In this document: positions 1-9,030 of the stretch, one piece after another
How the letters are laid out: each line of letters opens with the position of its first letter
How positions within the stretch are numbered: position 1 is the stretch's first letter
DNA from: Schizochytrium sp. TIO01
Taxonomy: Eukaryota; Protista; Bigyra: Labyrinthulomycetes
Length of the DNA: 64,000 nt
Reading direction: 5' to 3'
Assembly (NCBI GenBank): GCA_004764695.1
Contig: SMSO01000004.1
Coordinates: 434,001 to 498,000, forward strand
The notes under the pieces: model-generated
What the model saw: the letters and a program-made list of their open reading frames with translations, nothing else
What the model was told of the DNA's origin: nothing
Databases searched by the model: none
Program-made: the position numbers and the translations under genes

Positions 1-153
1 GGAGGAGGGTGCGATACTGACTGACTGACTGTACTGGCGGGCGGGCGAGCCTAGAGGGCTTAGGGTATAGGTTAGGAGGGGCGGCGAAGGCGGAGGGGTG
101 CAGGTGTACGGGACGGGGCGTATGGCGCGCTTGAGTCTTCTTTCTTTTGGGTC

Positions 154-155
154 AA

Positions 156-231
<76 letters not shown>

Positions 232-270
232 GTAAAGAAAGAGTAAAAGAAAGAGAGAAAAGAAAGAAAG
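154..270 (+). repeat. (GAAA)n microsatellite, degenerate at 3' end
   Basis: Long AAAG/GAAA run read directly; it explains the spurious ORFs 72..452 and 147..464. Confidence 0.95.
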
Positions 271-563
271 GCGATCAATCGATCGATGGGATCAATAGCT
301 CGAGAGCTCTTTGGAAAGCGCTTTGGAGAGCTGCTTTGCACGGCCCTCCACGCGTGAAGATGGAGCTCAGGAGAGCTCGTGAAGAGGCACAGGCCCCGAG
401 GCAGGCAGGCAGGCAGGCAGGCAGGCTGAGGCAGCCTCGCTGGAAAAGTCAAAATTCAGATTGATTTGAATCGTTGAACTTACTTGAAAATTCAGAGCTG
501 AGAAGAACTGAGGTGTTGGAAGAAAGCGGAGGTTAGTTGATTACGTTCCAATATGAAGGAACC

Positions 564-630
564 ACTCTCTCTCTCTTTCTCTCTCTTTCTCTCTCTTTTT
601 CTCTATTGCTCGATAGGCTTTGATTGATTG

Positions 631-692
<62 letters not shown>

Positions 693-730
693 TGTTTGTT
701 TGTTTGTTTATTTATTTGTGTGTTTGTTTG
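564..730 (+). repeat. Compound microsatellite (CT)n-(GATT)n-(GTTT)n
   Basis: Consecutive simple-repeat tracts read directly, upstream of the 872-aa ORF. Confidence 0.95.
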
Positions 731-855
731 GTTGAGTGATTAATTGATTGCTCACTCTAAAAGTGGTGGGAAGTGAGAGGGTAGGAAGGTACTAGGAAGG
801 TACTACCTCGAGGCGATTCTCCGTTTGGATTGAGTAAGTTTGGAGAAGAAGAGGA

Positions 856-3474
856 ATGATGAAAGAAATTCAAAAATGGCTACAGATGGATCGACTGCCA
901 GCAAATCCGAAACCGGAGTCGGCGCGATCGACACCGGCACGAATCGAAGCAGCGACTCGCCCTGCGCAGTTGGAAATGATGCACGAAGAAGACGGCCAGC
1001 CGCGCCAGGCCAAGGAGGCAGCGTACACCTCCTTGCCCATGGCCGAGGACGTGGAGGCCGCTCCTGCACGGAGATGCGAGGCCATCCGCTCCTCCACCAA
1101 GCTCCGCCGCGCCGCTGTGCTCCTTGTGGCGCTCGTGGCTGTGATTGGACTCGCCTCCGTCGCACTCTCTGGACCCCAGGACGGCCGCGGACCCCGCCAG
1201 GGCGGAGAGGACCGCGACTTTGAAGGCGATATGGATCAGAACGGCGATATGCAGCAGGCCCAGAACGGCCAGAACCACGGCTTCAAGATGAACAACAAGA
1301 TGTTCATGATGCGCCGCAGCGACGGCGAAGATGGTGACAACCAGCAACAGCAGCAGCGTGACCAGGACTTCGATGGCGTCCAGAACTGGGACGACAGTGA
1401 AGTTGAAGAGCCTGTTCAGCGCACTAAGGAAGGCCGTATTGACCTCGGAAACGTTCTCAAGGGTGACTTCGATGGTCAAGATGACGATTTTGAAGACCGC
1501 CAGCAGCAGCGTGACCAGGACTTTGGTGACTTCGAGGGTCGCCCCCAGCAGCAGCGCGGCCAGGACTTTGGCGACTTCGAGGGTCGCCCCCAGCAGCATC
1601 GCGGCCAGGACTTTGGTGACTTCGAAGGTCGCCCCCAGCAGCAGCGCGGCCAGGACTTTGGTGACTTCGAGGGTCGCCCTCAGCAGCAGCAGCAGCGTGG
1701 CCAGGGATTTGGTGACTTCGAGGGTCGCCCTCAGCAGCAGCAGCAGCGTGGCCAGGGATTTGGCGGATTCTTCGGTCGCTTCTTTGGCGAGAGCCAGCCT
1801 GAGCAAGATCAGGAGGGCCCTGGCGGCAAGCGCCCTCCCCCTCCTGGACCTCACGGCCCTCCCCCTCCTGGACCTCACGGCCCTCCCCCTCCTGGACCTC
1901 ACGGCCCTCCTCCTCCTGGACCTCACGGCCCTCCTCCTCCTGGACCTCACGGCCCTCCTCCTCCTGGACCCCACGGCCCTCCTCCTCCTGGTCCTCACGG
2001 CCCTTTCCACCACCCCGGATGCTACCCTCCTCCTCCGCCCCCTCCTCACCACAAGCCCCATAACCACACTCACCCGAACGGTACCAAGTCTGAGCTGATC
2101 GTAAAGGAGTGCTCTGAGGACTTCGAGAAGCTCTGCGGCAACCCCGGCTCAAACCTTACGTCTGTTGTAGACTTTGAGGAGTGTGTTTCCAAGCACTTCT
2201 ACGCCTTGAGTCACAAGTGCCACAAGGCCATGTTCATGACCAAGTTCGGCATGCCCTTCCACTACCCCCCTTCTCTTCTTAACCACACTCTCGTCCACGC
2301 TGCCTTCAAATCCTGTAAGAAGGATGCCGTTGAGCTCTGCCCCAAGCAGGTGAAGCACCTCGAGCCCTTCAACATGTGCCAGCTCTATGGAGTCGGCCTC
2401 TGCCTCAAGACCGCTAACGCTTCGGACGTCTCTGATGAGTGCAAGTCTGCTATTGGCAACTTTACTGACTTCACCGTACCCTCAGACTACGACCGCGAGA
2501 CCTTTATGCTCCCTCGTGGACCCAAGCCCTCTGGTGATTTCCGTGATGAGCCCCAGGGCCCTGAGATGGAGGACAAGTTTGATGCGGACTTCTTCCAGGG
2601 AAAGCGCAATCAGGAGCAGGACTTCCGTGGCGAGCGTAACCAGGAGGACAACTTCCGCGGCGGCTTCCGTGGCGAGCGTAACCAGGAGGACAACTTCCGC
2701 GGCGGCTTCCGTGGCGAGCGTGACCAGGAGGACAACTTCCGCGGCGGCTTCCGTGGTGAGCGCAACCAGGAGGATGACTTCCGCGGCGGCTTCCGTGGTG
2801 AGCGCAACCAGGAGGATGACTTCCGCGGCGGCTTCCGTGGTGAGCGCAACCAGGAGATGAACCAATACCGTGGTGACTTCCGTGGTGAGCGCAACCAGCA
2901 GATGAACCAATACCGCGGTGACTTCCGTGGTGAGCGCAACCAGCAGATGAACCAGTACCGTGGTGAGCACGACCAGGAGGACCAGGACTTCAAGCGCTTC
3001 TACGGCCACGGCCACCTCCATGGCCGCTTTCACGGCCACCAGCACTCTGATAACATGATGATGCGCTCTAGCGACCGTCAGTTCTACCAGCGTGGTGAGC
3101 AGAACATGATGTCTTCTTACGGTGGTCATTACCAAGGTGAGGAGCAGGATCAGGAGCGCTTCGGTGGATACCGCCAGAGTGGCCGTTTTGGCGGCTACCG
3201 TGGTGGCTTCAACGGCCGTGAGAGCTACGGCGAGGATGACATGGAGTACCAGGAGCATGATTTTGCCAGCATGGTGTTCCACGGCCTCGTACACCTTGTG
3301 TTCATGTTCTTTATCTTTAAGCTTGTGCACAAGTGCTGCGTGACCTGCGCTAACAGCCCTGCATACAAGAACGTTGCCGCTCGCATCGACGGCGAGCTCA
3401 ACCGCAAGGTTAACACTACTGAGGTGACCGGCCTCTCTACCGAGGCTGAGAACGCCAAGCTTGCCTCCGTGTAA
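856..3474 (+). CDS. Repeat-rich membrane/surface protein with two TM segments and GLG1-like cysteine-rich repeats (true start may be the ATG at 976)
   Basis: 872-aa ORF with strong C-ending codon bias. Hydrophobic segments AAVLLVALVAVIGLASVAL and MVFHGLVHLVFMFFIFKLV. Repeats QQQRGQDFGDFEGRP (~6x), PPPPGPHG (7x) and FRGERNQ-type (8x). Two CxxD..KLC/ELC...C...S..C units resemble Golgi glycoprotein-1 Cys-rich repeats. Confidence 0.85.
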   Translation: MMKEIQKWLQMDRLPANPKPESARSTPARIEAATRPAQLEMMHEEDGQPRQAKEAAYTSLPMAEDVEAAPARRCEAIRSSTKLRRAAVLLVALVAVIGLASVALSGPQDGRGPRQGGEDRDFEGDMDQNGDMQQAQNGQNHGFKMNNKMFMMRRSDGEDGDNQQQQQRDQDFDGVQNWDDSEVEEPVQRTKEGRIDLGNVLKGDFDGQDDDFEDRQQQRDQDFGDFEGRPQQQRGQDFGDFEGRPQQHRGQDFGDFEGRPQQQRGQDFGDFEGRPQQQQQRGQGFGDFEGRPQQQQQRGQGFGGFFGRFFGESQPEQDQEGPGGKRPPPPGPHGPPPPGPHGPPPPGPHGPPPPGPHGPPPPGPHGPPPPGPHGPPPPGPHGPFHHPGCYPPPPPPPHHKPHNHTHPNGTKSELIVKECSEDFEKLCGNPGSNLTSVVDFEECVSKHFYALSHKCHKAMFMTKFGMPFHYPPSLLNHTLVHAAFKSCKKDAVELCPKQVKHLEPFNMCQLYGVGLCLKTANASDVSDECKSAIGNFTDFTVPSDYDRETFMLPRGPKPSGDFRDEPQGPEMEDKFDADFFQGKRNQEQDFRGERNQEDNFRGGFRGERNQEDNFRGGFRGERDQEDNFRGGFRGERNQEDDFRGGFRGERNQEDDFRGGFRGERNQEMNQYRGDFRGERNQQMNQYRGDFRGERNQQMNQYRGEHDQEDQDFKRFYGHGHLHGRFHGHQHSDNMMMRSSDRQFYQRGEQNMMSSYGGHYQGEEQDQERFGGYRQSGRFGGYRGGFNGRESYGEDDMEYQEHDFASMVFHGLVHLVFMFFIFKLVHKCCVTCANSPAYKNVAARIDGELNRKVNTTEVTGLSTEAENAKLASV

Positions 3475-4409
3475 GTAGGTAAATTCTTTTCTTATCCTTC
3501 CCTTATTAAACCTTCCTCAGAAGGTAGAATGTAAAAGGGATAAGTTCAAGACATAAGACTCATCTCCGCACGATAAATCTAAAGTACCAGCCCTGTCCTA
3601 TCAGGAATTAATTTTGTGGCGACCTCAAGATAAGAGCCACTCCCAAGAAAGTCATCATTCTCAAGAAGCAAGTAAAAATTGGTTTCGGTTTCAATCAAGG
3701 AGGCTGGCTACCTTGCCGTGCCACGCCAAGAATGCACGTTCTCAAGAGTTTCTTTTCTGAGGTGTCATTGCCTCATTTTCAACAATGACTCCTTTTTGCC
3801 TCTTTATGTTTGGCCGCCTCCGTGGTCCTTCACCTGTGCAATATGTACGCAAGATCAAATCACTTATATTCTTTCTACTCCCAGACAGACTTGATTACGC
3901 TATCGATACTTGACTCTCTTTGACATCCTCCCTCGAATATTTCAAAAGTAAACAGCATGATGGAACTTGTATAAAATACACATGTATGAATTTAGTCTTG
4001 CCACCCCTCTCTTTCGTCATCATCGCTTCCTTCTGGTATCTCCATTAACTGGGCTTTTTAGGGGTTTTCCATGTGCTGTTTATTTTTAATTAAAACCCTC
4101 AATTGAGAAAGACAATAGAGCGGGATACCCCTTTATGGATTGAAGTCGTGCCCCTCTCTCCCTTTGATTATCATGGTACTCTGCCGGCTTCAAATATTTA
4201 AAACCTAGGTTGATTGTGCCGCATGGGCTTTGGTCATGTGTGTTATTTCAGACAAGGTGAAAGTACGATGTGGGCAGCACAATTTGCCTGAGGCTACAAC
4301 TGCATGAGTGACGTTTTAGTAATTTTGACGATCAGAACCAGCTCAAGGATCCGGAACGTAAAGACTGACGTGGTCTATCGAAAAACATCTTCCTCCTTTC
4401 AGTCTAGAT

Positions 4410-4616
4410 TGAAAGGGTTTCCGAAAACCTTATTCAAGCTCGTACCGCCTCTCTTCAGTCTCTAACCCATTACAATTCTACTAAGCTGCTCTTTAAAAAG
4501 GTCAATCAATGTTGCTAATAGATTATTCATCGACCCAATTTCATTCAACCAAGAGCGTTTCTCATTAAACTCGGAACATCCACTGAGCCATCACTAACTA
4601 GGTTCCAAAAGTAAAC
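4410..4616 (+). repeat. 207-bp direct repeat, left copy
   Basis: TGAAAGGGTTTCCGAAAACC...GGTTCCAAAAGTAAAC aligns ungapped with 16102-16308, with 3 substitutions by manual comparison. Confidence 0.97.
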
Positions 4617-4623
4617 CCCTGCT

Positions 4624-5061
4624 ATGTACAGGGACTACACGTTTGCGACCCGTGGCTTCAACCCGAAATTCGAAAAGTTCTGGGGAATGTACTCAAGGGA
4701 GGTCGCCAGAGAAAGATGCACGCGTTCGATGGATTCTTTGGTCCACCGGTATGAGGATGTATGTTACGACCACCCACGGTCAGATGCAGTCAAAGAGGCT
4801 GCCCGTTTCTACCTCGACTTTCTCAGAACACAGCCTTACGAGGGCTCTGACTGCTCATTGCTTGCACGATTTTTTTTTGCGTGGCTCTTGCGTAAACGTG
4901 CTCCATTTCCTGTTCGCATGAAGAGACCGCAGCTCTACAAGTTTGCTATTATAACTGAAGTCATGCATCCTAAAAATCAAGACGATGTGCTCACGGCCGC
5001 CGTCCATGAGGATTATGATGTCCTCTGTGCCTTCTGCGTGCGCGCGGTACTGGGCGATTAA
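4624..5061 (+). CDS. Degenerate Fic/Doc-like protein, probably 5'-truncated at the island junction
   Basis: AARFYLDFLRTQPYEGSDCSLLARFFFAWLL parallels the Fic core AAxxHxxFxxIHPFxDGNGRxARLLxxxLL, with the catalytic His replaced by Gln. The ORF starts 7 bp after the left repeat. Confidence 0.55.
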   Translation: MYRDYTFATRGFNPKFEKFWGMYSREVARERCTRSMDSLVHRYEDVCYDHPRSDAVKEAARFYLDFLRTQPYEGSDCSLLARFFFAWLLRKRAPFPVRMKRPQLYKFAIITEVMHPKNQDDVLTAAVHEDYDVLCAFCVRAVLGD

Positions 5062-5131
5062 GTTGTCCTAACCCGAAATTTAGAACTTTCCAAATATTAA
5101 GGGAGTCTGTTATTCTATTACACTAGTATTG

Positions 5132-6262
5132 TTAGTTGGTGAGTGCCAAAGTAGTACAAATGCGCTTGGTCTTATTCCTGCTCATTTGTGGAGTTGCTTG
5201 AATATAAAGCGTATCGCTACTTGCATCAATGGCCATGATGCTCTCACCAAGCTTACTAAACTCAATCATAAACGAGTGGAAATCGTTGTGCTTGTCAACT
5301 AAGCGTTCAGCGACGCGCTGCGCGTACACAAAGTTCACACTCCTGTCGAAGGTAGCGTGGTCGCGCAAGTTCTTGATCTTCTTGGACCCCGGGCCATAGT
5401 GGTAGTTGTTCCACTGGCGCTTGTCCATCGTCGTAGCAATCTTGTTCACCATCCCATTCATCTCGGCGTAGCGCCCCACGTTCATTTCGAATTTGTCCTT
5501 CGCCTTGTCACTCAGCGTCTTGTAAGTGTCGATGCCCTCCACGCGACGCAAGGTATGCCGGGCCTCGGCGTCAGTGATGGTCTTACGCTTACGGCCACGC
5601 CCCCCCCTTCGCCAGGCTGTCGCTCAGAGAATGCACCACGTTACCAGCACCGTCCAGAACTTCAACCGTCTCCCCGCGAAACATCGAACCGACCGCGCTC
5701 AGCGTAGCCATGCCCAGGCTCACGAAATCATCGCGCCGAGGACTTTGCATCATCATCAAAGCTTCATGGCGAACATGGGGGTCACGTAAGGAAACTTAGT
5801 CGAACCATGACAGTTTGACCGATAAACTAAGGAACCCGCTTGAAGGGCTGCAAGCTGGTAAATTTTCGATACCGGGGAATCCATCGATTTTGGAGAATTA
5901 CCAAACAAATTATGTTTGGTAAGTAAATCCCAGTCTGTACCCCTTACACCATATTGATGAAGAACATTTTGAACAAAGTGTCCTTGAGCGTCCTTTCCTT
6001 GATACGCTCGCCCAGCAATGCCAGCGACGAGCATGGCGGGGATGCAGAAGGTGTTGGCGGTCTCGGGGTTGCGCTAGAAGCTCTCGATGTACATGTAGGC
6101 GGTGAAGAGGTCCATCTTGTTGGTGGGCATCTTGGCAGCAAGCTGCTGGTGCTGCTCCTCTGTAAGGCGTGCCAGGTTGGTAGACAGCTCCGCCACATCT
6201 ATGACAGGAAACTCACTTTCGTTGGTACCAGTTTGCATCATTTTCGAGTGAACAACTGTCAT
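5132..6262 (-). pseudogene. Disrupted ~375-aa phage antirepressor-like / viral DNA-binding protein gene
   Basis: ORFs 6074..6262 and 5756..6034 share a frame, separated by one TAG. Frameshifts near 5758 (A3 run) and 5600-5607 (C8 run) link them to 5132..5551. N-part (QYGVRGTDWDLL...YVTPMFAMKLLMMMQS) resembles AntA/MSV199-type domains; C-part (RVEGIDTYKTLSD...KKIKNLRDHAT) resembles the Bro/DinD-associated C-terminal domain. Judged by eye. Confidence 0.55.
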
Positions 6263-6389
6263 GGTTAGGAACGAATGAATGGACTACTATCTATTTCTTG
6301 AGTTGGCTCGGCATTATTCATTCCTTTTTTTGTAGAGAAGTATATATTTGCTTTTCTTCTGGATTTAATCACCGCCATCACCAGCAACT

Positions 6390-6908
6390 ATGTCGTTTAC
6401 CACCAAGACAATGGCGGACGTTTTATTCAAGAGCTTGTTCACTGGTAGTTGTAGCATTAAGCATCCATTAGTAAATAATTATAACCAAGCCCACCCTTGG
6501 ATAACTCAAACATGTGCGCTCGTCGGTCCACGTCCAGTGGACCTTAAACTTCACTACATTCAATACCGTTCAGATTTTGAACGTAGGCGTGAAATTGTGG
6601 ACTTACTTCGCATTCCCCGCAAAGACAGAATGGAAATTCACTCGCTTTTCGATACTCTCACCAATGTATATATTCCGGACGGTTGCGCTTTCATGATGGA
6701 CCTCCCAACTAACGATTATGTAGCACCTCTTCGAGGAAGTTTCCTCATTGCACGAATTGAGATGGGTATCCCATTGAATCGTGGAGATATCAGTGATACT
6801 ATTGATCTTTTCAGAGAGATCCAATCCGACCACATGGAAGAATCTAAACAACACCACGCTAGTACAATGGTACAATATATCAATGCCATTGATCAGACGT
6901 TGAGTTAG
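6390..6908 (+). CDS. Hypothetical protein (172 aa, island ORFan)
   Basis: ATG-initiated ORF of ordinary globular composition, divergent from the 6262 gene and followed by a T-rich tract. Confidence 0.65.
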   Translation: MSFTTKTMADVLFKSLFTGSCSIKHPLVNNYNQAHPWITQTCALVGPRPVDLKLHYIQYRSDFERRREIVDLLRIPRKDRMEIHSLFDTLTNVYIPDGCAFMMDLPTNDYVAPLRGSFLIARIEMGIPLNRGDISDTIDLFREIQSDHMEESKQHHASTMVQYINAIDQTLS

Positions 6909-6980
6909 GGTTGTGCTTTCTGATTTTTCTTTTTGGGTTCAAAGTTCGGAATGTGCATTTTATTTAAGAAAAAAGATAGT

Positions 6981-7109
6981 TCTTACTATTTAAACTTGCA
7001 TTTCATAGTAGGGAAATTTCTTTTGTGTTTGCACCATATGTGTTTGGAATTTGCATTTTGGTTTAAACAAGCTAACTCTTACTATTTAAACTTGCATTTC
7101 ATAGTAGGG
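6981..7109 (+). repeat. Exact 33-bp duplication (6981-7013, 7077-7109) with internal TACTAT...ATAGTA inverted arms
   Basis: TCTTACTATTTAAACTTGCATTTCATAGTAGGG occurs twice, 96 bp apart. Confidence 0.9.
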
Positions 7110-7155
7110 GTTAAAAAATAAGCATAATTTATATGAAATAAAAAGGCTTAGTTCA

Positions 7156-7659
7156 ATGTGTACAAAAAAAAAGGAGATCATGTTCGAATCACTACCTAAA
7201 ACGCTGGAAGACAGACGTCGTGCCGAAGAGTTCGGCTTTCTGGTTTCAAAGAGAATGTACCAGGGGTTTGTAAATCTTCTTCTAGAATTTATCAATAATG
7301 AACCCCGAGAGAGGCTCCTTGAAATATACAATGGTCAAGAAGACGAGCTAAACACAGACATTCAATTTTTAAGCGAGTTTGAACGAATAAAGAAGCCCAA
7401 GGCCTTTAGGCTGGGTCCTGATTTCATGGTTTTATTGAGAGGATCTGACATTAAAGGAACTCCTCAGGCCAATGATAAAGATAAAGATATGTACAAAAGG
7501 ATGATGAGTTACCGTGAATCTTTTAAAACCATCAACGAAAAGGAACTAATACAAGGCTATCGCAGTGCTCGCTATAACAAGGAGAAACTAATTACATTCG
7601 ATCGCATGATGGAACTTTGCTCCATTTTTGCACCATATGTGTTTGTAAAGCGAAAGTAA
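7156..7659 (+). CDS. Hypothetical protein (167 aa, island ORFan)
   Basis: ATG ORF with AT-rich codons, convergent with the 389-aa ORF (26-bp gap). Confidence 0.65.
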   Translation: MCTKKKEIMFESLPKTLEDRRRAEEFGFLVSKRMYQGFVNLLLEFINNEPRERLLEIYNGQEDELNTDIQFLSEFERIKKPKAFRLGPDFMVLLRGSDIKGTPQANDKDKDMYKRMMSYRESFKTINEKELIQGYRSARYNKEKLITFDRMMELCSIFAPYVFVKRK

Positions 7660-7685
7660 TCTTTGATGATTTAGGCCTGTGTGAT

Positions 7686-8855
7686 CTAGTAACTATAATT
7701 TATCCCATCAAGATCAGTCTTTGTCAAGAGAGCATCCATGTCTTTGTGTGTAAAGCTTAAAACACTTTGCATTAATTGTTCATCGATGTTAATTTCGCAT
7801 TTTTCCCAACCCCCGGAGACTAACTTCATTAGCTCCAAGAATGATTGATTATAAGCTGGATCAATTCCATTGAGGACCATCGAATTGATTGAATACTTTC
7901 CAAAGGAATCTTCATGGATAGTATTTGTCAAAATAGTATTAAAAAGATTCCTCCTCTTGTAAAGTTCATAAGGGCAAAAGTATGTAACACCAATATAGTA
8001 CATCGATAGATAAGTATTAAAGTCATCTCCTTCGTCTCTAGTAATATTCTCCGCGCTATAAATCGATGCCATTCTATCGCAACTATATTTCTTAAGTTTC
8101 TTGTTTTTTTGATAGTATTCGTTTAGATCGAAATACCAATGTTTAAAATAATATGATGGTGAGTAGAGCTTTTCCACATCAATTTCCTGGGCCAATTTTA
8201 TCTTGCCATAAGGTGCCTTTTTCTCGTTGTGTAATGTTGGGCAATGCACACATGTTGTAGCAACTCCATTAACCAGAACCATTCGAGCAAGTAACCCTGG
8301 GAGTGTTGCTTTGAGCTGATTTTTGATACGACCATCATTGACATCCTTCTGAATGATGTTATATTTGTTTATAATGTGTGGTGGTTTGTCATACACTGCC
8401 CACTTATTTTTTTGCATATCCAAGAGTGTATCAAAGTGACAAAGTCTAATAGCGTCATAGAGAGCATAATAAAGTCGTTTGAGTGATTCCGGCCATGAAC
8501 GATTGTTTGCGCCACTATAAAAGAGTTCAATTTCGCCCGCCACAAAGTCTTGCGTAATGTTTTGTGTATAGAAAAATTTATCATAGAGTGGCCATTCACA
8601 GGGTTCAATATGATTGGTTAAGTAGGCGCGCCATAATAGTCTATATAGAAAGCTACCTTCATACCCTATATGCCCGAATGTGCAGAGAAATCGATTGAGG
8701 TAGAGCTCGACCTCTATTTCGCTGAGTTTGCTTTCTTCCATTTCTACTTCCTCATTGCATGTTTTTTTTCCAATAAATTCTTCTAAATTCGTAATTGTGC
8801 TCATAGTTGGCACATCTACAATAGGAGGTTGGCCGTTGTTGCTAGCTTGCATCAT
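7686..8855 (-). CDS. Hypothetical protein (389 aa, Tyr/Lys/Asn-rich island ORFan)
   Basis: Long uninterrupted ORF in AT-rich DNA; no family recognised. Confidence 0.8.
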   Translation of the reverse strand: MMQASNNGQPPIVDVPTMSTITNLEEFIGKKTCNEEVEMEESKLSEIEVELYLNRFLCTFGHIGYEGSFLYRLLWRAYLTNHIEPCEWPLYDKFFYTQNITQDFVAGEIELFYSGANNRSWPESLKRLYYALYDAIRLCHFDTLLDMQKNKWAVYDKPPHIINKYNIIQKDVNDGRIKNQLKATLPGLLARMVLVNGVATTCVHCPTLHNEKKAPYGKIKLAQEIDVEKLYSPSYYFKHWYFDLNEYYQKNKKLKKYSCDRMASIYSAENITRDEGDDFNTYLSMYYIGVTYFCPYELYKRRNLFNTILTNTIHEDSFGKYSINSMVLNGIDPAYNQSFLELMKLVSGGWEKCEINIDEQLMQSVLSFTHKDMDALLTKTDLDGINYSY

Positions 8856-9030
8856 TTTCGAAGGTTGGAACTAGACTAGCTAGGGATGGCTTAGGTGCGT
8901 AGACTATTTCTCGGCGACGCTGAGTCAAGGTTTTGCTTTCTTTTTTTTTAAAACCAAAGTTCGGGATTTCCATGTATATCATTATTTATTTTTTTTTGTG
9001 AAAAAAAAGAATCATCATTTAGATTTTTAA

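Noticed and set aside
51-76. Telomere-like TTAGGG/TTAGG
   Set aside because: A single perfect unit, not an array.
72-464. ORFs 72..452 and 147..464
   Set aside because: Translations of (GAAA)n and (GCAG)n microsatellites.
880-3330. Long antisense and alternate-frame ORFs over the 872-aa gene (and likewise over other CDSs)
   Set aside because: Shadows of biased codon usage and repeats in the real gene.
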